From the NCBI GenBank assembly GCA_013239625.1, contig MU057202.1, positions 3,609,101-3,673,100 on the forward strand: a stretch of 64,000 bases of DNA, given 5' to 3'. The DNA is from Lama guanicoe. Lineage: Eukaryota. Below are positions 33,836-45,027 of this stretch, piece by piece; position 1 is the first letter of the stretch, and the number at the start of each line of letters is the position of its first letter. The position numbers and the translations under genes were made by a program. The notes beneath the pieces are model-generated. The model did no database searches. It was not told where the DNA came from and saw nothing but the letters and a program-made list of their open reading frames with translations.

Positions 33836-35774
33836 TCGTTTAGGTTCTGGGGGCCTGGGAGGGGGGTGATGTGGACGAGGAGCAGGTGTGGGACAAATGG
33901 AGTGGAGGGACAGGCCCCCCAGGCAGCGGGACTGGCTCGTGCAAAGGCCCTGAGGTGGAGTCTGGTGTAGCTGGAGTCAGGGGATGGAGACAGAGAGGGA
34001 GGAGAGGCAACAGGTGGGCCAGGCAGACAGGGCCTCGGGCCAGGGGAGACTCTGGGGGATTCTTCTCAAGAGCAGGCCCAGCTTTCCCTGGGGACCCAGC
34101 TTTCCCTGGGGACCCAGCACCCACCCGGCACCCAGCACCCGGCACACAGCTCCTGCTCAGCTCTCTTGGCTCAGGCCCCCAGAGGCACGCTCCTGGCTGT
34201 GCTCCCACGGCCAGGTAGAGATGCTAGGATGGGCAGGTGGGTGCCCAGCTGGGCTGCACTGACAAGGCCAGGGCTGGGGACATGGCAGAGTCCTGTGACG
34301 TCCCCACACCAGCAGACGCTGCTGAATTCCAGCCCCGGCGGCAGCTTGTCGAGTGAGTGGGTGAGGTGGTCCCACCGACTAGCACCTAAGAAAGGCCTGT
34401 GAGCCGCCCGGCACACTCCTCCGAGGCTGCTCTCACCTGGGGCCACCACCCTCCTCGTGGCCGCCCTCCCTGCCCCGGATGTGGGTCCTTCCCAGGTTCT
34501 CACGTCAAGCCTTACCTTGGCCAGGCTTCTGAAGGGGAGGCCCGAGGGGAGAGGGGGCGCCCCCTTCCCTGCGCAGAGCTCCAGGTCCACGGAGGGGGCT
34601 CTGTCCCGGGCACCCCTTCCGGCTGGGCTCCTTCCAGGGCCGCTCAGCGGCAGGGCGTAACAGAGCCTGGTGGGCGAGATCAGCTCTGCGGGTTACGACC
34701 AGCATGTAAAAACGGTTAGGGTACATTGCACACGGAAGAAGGAAGCACTGGGACGCTGGTTTGGGGGACGTACGCGTGAGTGCAAGGACAGCTGATCCTG
34801 CCCACGGCCCCCACCGCTCACCCGCCTCCTGTTTGCACATGTTTGCTTGCCCAGGGCTCACAGCCACTCGAGGTCCACGCTCCCGGGTCCCCCTCCTCTC
34901 TGAGCGTCTGCCTCCTGTAAACAGCTGTAACGCGGGGGCTTCCCAGCAGTGATGCTGTCAGGCGCAGACGGGACCAGCCCTCAGATGGGCATCGCTGCTG
35001 TCGGGCCTCGTGCAGCCCCCGCCCTGCCCACTCTGGCCCCGGGGCAGATGGGATGAGGCCTCCTTTCCTCTGGCCGAGCCGACGGCAGCCGGTACACGCA
35101 AAGGAAGAAGAAACGCTTCAGAAAGCACGCGCGGTGTGAGGCTGGCCCGGCTCCTAGTTCTCCTAGCCCTCCAGGCATTCGTTTTGGTGTGACGAGCCCC
35201 CAGTCTTGGAAGCACCAGACCCTGCACACGAGGACAGCTGCCCTCTGGCCGGCGGTGGCGGCCTTTCCCCAGCGTCTGTCCTCGTCCTCGGGGACAGCAG
35301 AGCCGTCGCCCCCTCCCCCCAGGGCTGGTCTGCTTCTGCATCTGGCTTCATTCACACGCAAATGCCAAGACCCCAGACCCAGAGCTCCTAGTCAGCTGGA
35401 AAGCTCTGTGCAAACACCGTCAGTAACCATCATTGATGAGAATTATAAATAAATGAGACCTGCACTAGGACGGTCTCTCAAGAGCAGTGTCAGTGGGGCA
35501 GGGAGCCTGGGCTGGCCCGCCTGCCTCTGCCCTTCTCCCCGTCAGGGGCTCCGACTGGTGCATCCAGGCCAGGCTGTGAGCTGGTTCTGGGTGGCTGGGG
35601 CTGTCCGTCATGGTTCTGGGACAGACCCGCCTCCTCTACAAGGCTGCGGCTCCGACGAACAGGTGGCCCCAGCGTCCCAAGTGCAAAGTGAAGGTGGTGG
35701 TGAGCGGGCACCTAGAACTGGTCAGCACCCCACCAATTCCTCTAGCTTTGCAAGGAGGGTGCATGAAACGGGGG

Positions 35775-35945
35775 TCCACGTGGCCGGGCTTAACTCCTGG
35801 CTCCTCTTCTTTCAAGCTGTGGGACCCTGAGCAAGTCACTCCCTGCTCTGAATCTCAGTTTCCTCATCTGTAAAGTGGGCATAACAGTCCTGCCCTCACA
35901 GGCAGCTACAGGGCTGAAAAGAGAGAACACAGATGGTGCACACAT
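35775..35945 (+). mobile_element. MIR SINE
   Basis: cctggctcc...agctgtgggaccctgagcaagtcact...ctctgaatctcagtttcctcatctgtaaagtgggcataacag. Confidence 0.9.
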
Positions 35946-37720
35946 CACACCCAGGCAGAAATGGTGCCACAGCTACGGTGCCGTGGCCACAGCCTCATCA
36001 CACAAGACGAGCTTGCCTGGTCCCTCCAGAACTGCTCCCCTGAACCACCGTCCTGTGGGAGATGCTGCCTCCCCCAAGCCAGGAGCCAGGCACCCTGTCC
36101 AGCCTCCGCCAGGCAGTCTGTGCTGGGTGAGGGACAAGAAAGTGCCAGGAAAGACAGAGAGCAGAGGAGAGGGATGTGCAGATGGAGACAGCGCAGAGAC
36201 GCAGAGACGGGCTGAGGGTCGGACAAGGGGAGGGCACCCCCTCTGACGTCGCTGGGCAAGGAGAGGAACTTCTGTTTTGGCTTCATTTGTCAACAGCCAT
36301 GGTTTCCACGGAGGGCATCCTTCATAGATCGGCTGCCCCTCCTCTCCTTCCCCTGTGCCCCACCTGTGGGTCCTCAGCAGGTCTGCACCCGAGTCCAGAC
36401 AGTGCCTGCATGTGTGCGTGCGTGCGCCCGTGTGTGGGAGGGATATGCGCATATAGCTATGCCCAGGTACACAGGGACTTGTCACAGCGAGCTGACCATG
36501 CACAGGCTGGCATCTGGTTAGACAGCCTCTGCGGGGCTGCTGTCTGGTGCTGGAAGGGCGGTGCTGCCACGGCGGGGAGGGAGCACTGTGGGCTGGGAGC
36601 TCCATCCCCGGGCTGCCTCAGGCATGTGGTGAGGCTGGGCTCTTCCAAAGCAGCAGCTTTGCTCACGTCGGGGCAGGTGTGGAGGTCGGAATCACCTGCA
36701 ACACGTGTCCTTCCAGGTCCAGAGGTGAAGGCACTTAGAGTTATAAAGAGTTACTCACCCATTTTTCTCCACCAGCGCTTCCTGGGTCCAAAGAGACCGT
36801 CCAGAGCCCAGGTGCCCAGTGTCGTGAGGGAGGCGGCACAGTCACCCACCCTGCCCGCCCCGGCCGGCGGGGCCTCAGAAACTGGGGGACAAGGAGTGGC
36901 CTTGCACGCTGCTCGAGTCCTAGTCCCTCCCCGGAGTGCTGTGCCAAGAACGGTGCTGACGCTGGGCTCGAGACCAGCTGCAAAGAGAACTGGGATCACC
37001 TAGTGCGTCTGCCACAGGAGCGGCACCGGGAGGCGGGTGGGGTGAGGGCGGCCCGTGTGGGGAACCCGAGGCCAAGCTCCAGTGGCTGGTTCTAGGCTCT
37101 GGAACGAGGAACCTGCAGGGCTGAGGCCAGAGACCGCCTTCCCCTCTCCTAGTCTGGATGCTTTCCCAGACGTCACAGCGGATTCCAGAGTGAGACAGAC
37201 ACAGGGAGGGGACGACACCTGGGGTTTGTGTCCTCTGCTGACCCCGTGACCCTCACGGCAGCCCTGCCGCCTGCAGGGCTGGCCAGCAGCCCGGCTCCTC
37301 GGGCACCGTTCTCCCCGGCCCTCGCCCTGAGCACTGCCAACCGTCTCCCTGAGACTGTGCGGCTGATGTAGGCCCTTACTTGCCACCTGCCCACCCCCAC
37401 CAGGCTTCGCTCCTGAAAATGCTTCCTTCCCAGAAGCACAAGCAGCCCAGAAAAGACCCGGGAGGAACGCGCTCAGGGGCTGCCCCGTGGACGGGCTCGG
37501 CCCAGAGGGGTCCAGCGAATGTTCCGATGCCCCAAGTGGCACAGCCGCGCTGAGCCGTGCCCCCACATCAGGGAGGGAGCACGTGTGGAGCCGCGGGATC
37601 AGCTCCCCTCCTCAGTATCACAGGAGGCACACTGTCTGTCCACGGAGGTGCTGGCATCCTGCGGGAGAAGTTTACCAGTTTGGGAAAGTAAGCTTCTCCT
37701 TTGTTCTCACAGGTGTGCTG

Positions 37721-37833
37721 CACACACACACACACCCACCTCCCCTCCACACACCCATCCACCCACCCACTCCCACCACCCGCCCATCCATCCACCAACC
37801 ACCACCCCCACCTCCATCCACTCACCCACCCAC
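37721..37833. repeat. (CA)n / (CCAC/CCAT)n low-complexity tract
   Basis: Direct inspection. Confidence 0.85.
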
Positions 37834-38599
37834 AGATATTCACTGGGTTACTGGCCTTGGGGAGGCACAAAATTGAACAACACGTATCCACCCTCAAGCT
37901 TCCAGTCTAAGTTGGGGTTCCAGGCAGGGGTACACACACCCAAGGGACTGCGTAAGTGAGCTGGGTGGTGCAGGACGGAGCTGTCAGCCTCTCTGTGTGC
38001 ATCCCATGACTTAAATGATGGCGTCTGCCCATCTGTTTACAGAGTGGTGCTCAGCATGTCTTCCTCCAGGGACCGCAGCCCAGGGTGCGAGTGACGACTC
38101 AGCCTGGGAGGTAAGGACAGTGCCACCACTCAGACAGACAGAGCCTCTGGGGACAGGGCTGTGAGGCTGTGGGACAAGGGTGTCTGGAGACCTGGGAGGT
38201 CTCCTTGGAGAAGGTGAGGACACATGGGGCTTGGAGGATGAGTGTGTCAGGTGGAGAAATTGGTGAAGGACATTCCACAGGCAGAACCCGCACAAGAAGG
38301 GACAAGGCGGTGGGTGGGGTACAGCGGGGCTGCGGAGTAGGGACTGCTTGGTGATGGAGTGTGGGGCTGGGGTGCAGGAGGAGGGGCATGTGGGGCAGAA
38401 TCAGTCGGCCTCTGATGCTGGTTGGCCAAGCAGCTTGAACTCCGCCCTGGCGGTTGACAGGAGTTGCTGAAGAGGATAACAGTGGAATCAGATCTGCGTC
38501 AGCGTGCGCATGCAGCTCTATGGGGACCAGCGAGACGGTGAGGCCGGCACCGTTGGGGAGACAGGGTCTAAACGGAGGGTGAGTCAGGACTGCTTGCTG

Positions 38600-39030
38600 G
38601 GCTGTGTGTCAGTTGACTCCTGCTGCGTAACAAAACACCCCACATCTCAGTGGCTTCAAACAACAGCAATTTATTGTTTCTTGTGACTCTGTGGGCTGGC
38701 CGCTTCAACTAAAGTACTGTCGGGCTGGATGGGCCAAGACAGGCTTGCCCACAGGCCAGCAGGTGCAGCCAGCTGTCCGCGTGGTGCCTCAGGCCCCTAT
38801 GAGTGGGACCAGCCTCTTCCCAGGTGCTCTCAGGGCGGTTCCAAGGGGGCCAAGTGGAGGCTGCACAGCCGCTGAGGCCCAGGCTCCAAGCTTGCCTGAT
38901 ACTACTTCTGCCGCAGCCTGTGGGCTAAAGCAGGCCAGAGGCCAGCCTGGGTGTGAGGGTGGGGAGGTGTGTCTCCTCACGGGAGTCTCCACAAAGCCTC
39001 TGGGGCCGCATTTCATCAACAAGCCTCCCA
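38600..39030 (-). mobile_element. Old MLT1 (I/J/K-like) LTR, apparently inserted in L2-like sequence
   Basis: tgtgtcagtt...tgctgcgtaacaaaacacccc.catctcagtggcttcaaacaacagcaatttatt...ctctgtgggctgg is a typical MLT1 terminus; flanks (about 38200-38600, 39035-39500) are L2-like. Confidence 0.75.
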
Positions 39031-40909
39031 GTGCTGAGTGAGCACTTGGCTGCAGGATGGGAGGGGCGGGGCGCACAGCTGCAGAGGTACAGACACTCGG
39101 AAGGGCCAGAACAGGAGGAGGGAGCCCCGAGGGGCTCTGTGGGGTGGAGGAGAGGATGGAGGTGGATCTGGGGAGGGGAAGGAGGCCCTGGATTGGATTC
39201 TGAGGGTGATGGCGGTGTTCGGAGGGGAGGGCTTCTGGGCAGAGAGGGGCAGGAGTGGAGGGAGGTGGACAGCAAGGAGGAAATAGCCAGGTGGGCAGTG
39301 GGCGGAGCCTGACCAGGGTTGGGGAGGTGGGGTGTGGGAGGAACAAGAGCTGTGGATGGAGAGTGAGGGCCTCCGGGAAGACCACATCCGCCTGCCTGGC
39401 TGACGGGCAGACAGGACTGAAGCAGCGCAGCCCTGGCTCCACCTCTTCACCCCTACCTGAGCTGAGCTCCCAGCCCAGCGAGGAGAGGAGAGACCCTCTG
39501 ATCAAGAAGCCACCAGGGAGAGTTTTAAAAATGCAATTAAGTGGAGAATAATTAAGTCCAATTAAAAACGAACCATGGGAGGACGCCTGCCTAGTCTCGG
39601 CTTCCGAGGGAGAGCCCAGGCCGCCTCCGCCTGGTCTCGGCAGCCTTCCCAGCGCTCACCTGGTGGGCACTTGAGGTGGAAGGAGGAAGCCAGGCACCCC
39701 CCAACACCCGCAGGGGCCCCGACCAGGCCCGCCAGTCTGCCAGTCTTCCGCTGGGCCGGGCTGCTTGGAGAGCCAGGAGAGTGTCAGGGACGCACTCACT
39801 CGCTCAGTCACCGTCCGGGTTCCCGACCCTCACACTGCGCAGCTCAGAGCCGCCAGGTGCTTGTGAAACGCAGATTCACCAGCCCCGCCCTGTCCTGGCT
39901 GGTGGATCTTGGGGCTCTGAATTTACAAGAAGCCCAGGGACTGTGCTGGCTCACAGCCCTAGTCCAGGGCCTTCCCTTCAGAGCGGATCAGTCCGTGGCC
40001 CGAAGAGGAGGCCTGGCGAGGCTCACGGAGAAGAGGCCCTGGCGAGGAGCCTGTGGCACTGGGAGGCGTGGCGGCTCACAGGCAGGGTGAGGGAGACAAG
40101 GACGCCTTCTGCGTCTGAGCCCCGCTAGGAACCAGCTTGCTGGGCTGGGCTTTCTCAGGAATCTGATGCATTCCTCCCAGAGAGGGTGTCAGCAGGCAGG
40201 GCCACAGCTGTTTGCCAGGTGGGGGCTGAATCTCAGGCCGCGAGTCCATGAGGCTGTCTCTCCAGGGCCCAGTGTGGCTGTGAGACTGAACCGCTCAGGG
40301 CTGTCAGTAGGACGGGCCGGGGGGAGACGGCTCCAGCCAGGGTCACCTGCACCCTCTGTCCCCAGAACACCTGATCCTGGGGGCTGAGTGGAAACTCCGC
40401 AGAGGGGGGCTGTCTGATCCTAAATAACGCTCCAAGGTCATCGCTGACTAGAAATCCCACTCCTGGAGCAGGGCAGAGCCTGCAGAAGCCACCCTTCCCA
40501 TTAAAAAATTTCATATAAAATGGAGAACACGTGCCAACAACACAACGAAAGCACGTGGCGCAGGCAGGCACCCTCAGGCACCCCTTGTCCCTGTGCCCTC
40601 GGGCACAGCCGTGCACGGGCGGGCGTCACGTGGCACTGAGACTGTGTGAGCCCCCTGCCACGGGCATGTCTGGAACCTAACACCTGCACCTGCTGGAAGG
40701 CAGCCCCTCAGAACAGCGAGCCCAGGGCAGAAGCCCAGCCCTGGGCGGAGCTTCTGCGTCCACCCCGGGAGGTGCTTCGGGCAGGGCTTACTCAGGGTTT
40801 CTGCCCCAGGTGGTTCTGGGCTTCAGACAGCGTGAGAGCGCGCAGCAGAGCCCGGCTGCGTGGCTGGCTTTTCCTCTGACACATCCAGTCCTTTTTCTCC
40901 AGTTTTCTT

Positions 40910-41043
40910 TTGTCTGTTTGTTTCTTTGGGGAGGGGAGGTAATTAGACTTATTTATTACTTACTTAAAATGGAGGTGCTGGGGATTGAACCCAGGACCTC
41001 ATGCATGCTAAGCACACGCTCTACCACTGAGCTGTACCCTCCC
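40910..41043 (-). mobile_element. Camelid tRNA-Ala-derived SINE (Vic-1 type) with target-site duplication
   Basis: Reverse complement reads GGGAGGGTACAGCTCAGTGGTAGAGCGTGTGCTTAGCATGCATGAGGTCCTGGGTTCAATCCCCAGCACCTCCA + TAAA-rich body + ctaattacctcccc + A-rich tail; TSD tctccagttttctt (40896-40909) / tctccaattttctt (41044-41057), 13/14 identical. Confidence 0.9.
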
Positions 41044-42229
41044 TCTCCAATTTTCTTGAAGATTGAGCTTTCTGTTGTATTTAACACACATTTGTTCCTC
41101 AGGGAGGAGCGTGTAGGGTGTCCTCTGTCCCCACAAACAACGCCAGGTGCCCTGGGCAAACATGTGAGGGGACTCCTGAAGGTGGAGTTGGTGATGAAAG
41201 GCACGTGGCTTTCAAATTCAGTGAGACACTGTCTGCTTGCACGGCAGTCACGGGGGAACACAGCATAAAGCCATGCAGCCTGGGCAGAGGGTGAGTGTCT
41301 TCTCTGTCAGCAGGAGCGCGCTTGCTGCTCCTGCTGTTACGTACAGGTTCAAGTCTGAGTAAAAGGATGGCTTTTGAGCAGGCGCGGGAGAAACAGGTGG
41401 ACATTTTAGATCTGCTGTCCAGCCTCCATTCCTCCCTCTTCCTGGAGAGGCTGCAGGCTGACACTTGACTCTGCAGCGGGCTTTCTGGACGCAGACGAGG
41501 CCCCACCAGGTACCTGTCTTCACAGAAGGTGGGCAGGTCCTGGTGACAGGCAGAGTCACAAGACACAACTCTCTCCAGCACAGGGTTTTAGGGGCCAGGC
41601 CTGCATCCTTCCCACCCCACTCCATCCAGAGCTCAGCCAGGCCACCAAACAGAGAGGAAGTGTGGGAAGTACGGCCGTCCTGCGGGCAGGGGGAACCAGG
41701 ACCCGGCCTGGTGGACACAGCACCACCTTTGCTATCAAGACCTAATTTCTGTTCCCCTTTCCTAGGAGAGGCCAGAGGAGGGGCTGGGTTGACTGGAGGG
41801 GTCCAGGAGAGGAGGGCGGTCTAGGAGATGAGGGGGGTCCAAGAGAGGAGGGAGGGGGTTTTGCTGACTCCAGAACCTTCTAAGTGACCACGGTGGGGGG
41901 TGAGAGCCAGGCACAGGAGGGGACATGGTCACTTCCCCTGAGTCTCCAGGAGAGCCACCCACTGCAGGCCGGCACAGGCCGCAGGGACCCCCGTGAGGAC
42001 TGGACTTTCCCTTAGAGCAGTAAGGACCCTGGAGCCTTCTGAGAGGAGGGTGCGTGATACAGTTTAAGAGGCTCACACCCGGGCAGGTGGGCAAGCCCGG
42101 CCATCTGCACGAGCCCAGCGCACGCAGCCGGAGAAGAGGACTCGCTCTTCCAGAGACGTCGGAGGCTCTGGGCCTCTGAGGACAGAGGGGACGAGGGCGG
42201 CCGACAGACCCAGGGGAAGAAGGGAGCTC

Positions 42230-43480
42230 CAGGGCGAGGCGGGACGGCCCAACCCTACGGAGCCCATCACTGCAGCCTGGGGCTCAGCGCCGGTGCTCCT
42301 GGCGCCTCCTCCCGCCCGTGCTGGCCTGGGCCCCGCTACCTCCCCGGGTGGAACCTGCGCCCTGCGTCCCACACGGCAGCAGCCGACCACAACGCGGTGT
42401 CCTGCCGGACAAAGCGCCCCTCCCTCAGCAGGTCTGCGGCCGCACGTCCTCCCGCCCGGGCCCTTCCTCGTCCACCTGCGCCGCGACTTCGGGCAGCGCC
42501 TCCACTGCACGACGCGCGGTGCTCATTGGGCCCAGGACGCGGCAGTCGCCCGGCGGGGCGGGGCGGGGCGAGCTCCCCGCCCCGGTGCGGGCGCGCGCGA
42601 GGCCCTGGCCCCTCAGCCGCCGCTGCGTCGACCCTGCTGCTTCCCTCACAGGCCGTTAGCGCGGAGGGGCCTCGGGTGGGCTCCGGGAGCGGTGGGGGCC
42701 CAGAGGGCGTCCGGGGTGGCGCAGGGCGCGTCCTGGTGAGGGGCCGCCGGGTGGTGACACCGGGGAAGACGGGAGTCGAGGTCAGGCGGCCCCGCGGCCC
42801 TCACGCAGGAGGCGCCCGCCCGCCCAGCCCTCCTCCAGGAGCCCCGAGCGCGCGGCGCGTGGCCGGCCCGCCGGGCCTTCCCGTTCCCCGGGGCGGCGGC
42901 GCCACGGGAAAGACACGTCTGCCAGCGCCAAGAGGGAGGCGGCGCAGGGGTTCCCGCCGCGCCCCGGCCTGCTGCGTAACCGGGGGAGCCGCTTCAGGGC
43001 TTCGTCCGCAGCGAGGGCCTCCCTTGCCGTGGACTCGCGTCGCGAGGGAGACGGCAGAGCCTCCCTGGCGGCTGTCACGAGGTCGCGGCATCGCCGGCCC
43101 TCCTGGGTGAACGCGTCCTGGCGCCACTTACTCACCGTCAACTCTGGTGCGGAAATGGGCACGGGACCCAATCCAGGGACACTCCTGGAAACGCTCCCGG
43201 CTGCGTGGGGAGACCCACGGGAAGACGGGCCACCTTCCTCCCTGGGTGAGTTCCCGTGTCTGGGCCGGGCGCCGAGCCCCTGAGCCGTCTCGCTCCCAGC
43301 CCGCGTTGGGGACTGTGAGGGCTCTGAGGCTAGGCCGTGCGTCTGCCCTGGGTTCGAAGACGCCTGCGGGATGCGAGGGCCCTGGGTCAGAGCCAAAAGG
43401 CTTCATCGCCTACGGCACAGCCGGAGCAGGAGCTCCGTCCCCGTGGCCGCAGGCCAGCTGGCGCTGCACCTGCGGGGTGT
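42230..43480. promoter_or_regulatory. CpG island / putative promoter
   Basis: Very dense CpG; ATTGG (reverse CCAAT) 42525-42529; tandem GC boxes 42555-42570 and 42575-42583; splice-donor motifs at 42736(+), 43246(+), 43135 and 43131(-). Confidence 0.8.
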
Positions 43481-44922
43481 CCCAGGAGCAGCGAGCACAG
43501 AGACTGAATCCTGTATGAGGGCTGCGGGCAATCTTGCGGATCTTACCCCAGAGCACAAACTGCTTTGCCCTCCGCTGGGAGGGACATTCTCTCTACCAGG
43601 GCCGTTTGCTAAACAGACATCCTCAAAAAGACAGCTGGAGCAAAAGCTGTCCGTGGCTGTGCTTGTGAGACGTGCACAAGGGCGACAGGGCCGTGGGAAA
43701 CCGCAGCCCAGAGGAGGCTGACCTCATGGGGCCATAGAGCCAGGCCACGCCGGGCCCTGGCGTTGTGGACTTGGTGTGGGAGGGAGTGTTTCCTCATTGT
43801 AAGCTGGCTGCTGCAGCCAGGAGTACGGGGGCCTGCCTCGCTGTCCACCCACGTCGTCCTGCCTGTGGTGGACAGGGTGGCCTGCTCACCTCGCTAAGGG
43901 GTGGCCTGAGCACAGGGAAGTTTTGCTGGCGAAGCTTGCAGGAAACCAGAATATGTCGGGAGGCAGACGTGATTGTCCCCTTTCTCCTCTTCCTGCAGGG
44001 TCAGGGATTGGGACGTGGCTTCGTTTTCTGGGTGCTTTGTTCCAGCAGTTGAGCCCCAACCCCTTGGTAAACTTCTGTCAGGCCAGAGACCCAGCCCAGG
44101 GTTGAGGGTTGGGGCTGGCGAGGCAGAGGGAGCCCACGTCTACCAGGTGGGGCCAGAGACTGCACGACGCGGCCCCCAATTCCTAGTTGAGCCCCAGCCC
44201 CAGAGTGATGGTGTTGGGAGGGGCCTCAGGGCGAGGAGGTCGTGGGGCTGAAGCCTGGTGGATGGGTTCCTGCCCACACGGCTCCCTGTGCTCCCCACCC
44301 GAGGACACAGTGAGAAGACGCCGACCTGAACCAGGACGGGGCTCTCACCACCTTGACCCTGGCTGTCCAGCCCCCAGCCCTGGGAGAGCTCAGTGGGAGT
44401 TGCGAAGCGGCCGGAGCGGGACGGGGCAGGGTCTGGGAGGAGAGCGATGGAGCCCTCTGGGCACTTCTGCACTGGGCAATGCCAGCTGGTGCCAGGTTTG
44501 CAGGACGATGGCGAGGCTATGAGCCCGCCGCCCCCGTGCGTGGGGTCAGCAGGCACCGGCTTGGTGGGAGCGGTGTCCCCAGGGTTTCAGCGGCCGTGTC
44601 TGTCACCTGTTTGGAGATCTCTTTGTGAAGGGTCTGCTCCATCTGTGTTCTTCTGTCTGCATCTGTGGAATTGTAGGGTTCCTTGTACGTCTGGGGGGAC
44701 AGCTCAGCTCGCCAGGATGGGGCAGGAGCGCCCAGGTGTTGCTCGGTCACCGGGGTCTGCCCTGCCCTCCTCAGCCGAGCCGGCAGCAGGTCCTGGGAAG
44801 CCGACCCACTCAGCGGTGCTCTGAGGGCTATGACACTCACTGCTCATCTCAGCGAAGCCGTGAGCCTGGTCCTAGAAACGAGGCTGGGTGGGAGATGCCG
44901 ACTGACCGTGCGGGCAATCTCA

Positions 44923-45027
44923 TGCACACACTGTTCAGCACACACACAGACACACCACACACACACCACACCCACAAATACACACACACCACAGACACAC
45001 ACACCACACGCAGAGATGCACACACAG
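44923..45027. repeat. Degenerate (CA)n tract
   Basis: Direct inspection. Confidence 0.9.

Noticed and set aside
35448-35453. AATAAA poly(A) signals (also 60278)
   Set aside because: No associated terminal exon or clear downstream GU-rich element
40970-41043. tRNA-Ala(AGC) gene
   Set aside because: Acceptor stem is mismatched; it is followed by a SINE body and tail and flanked by a TSD, so it is a SINE head
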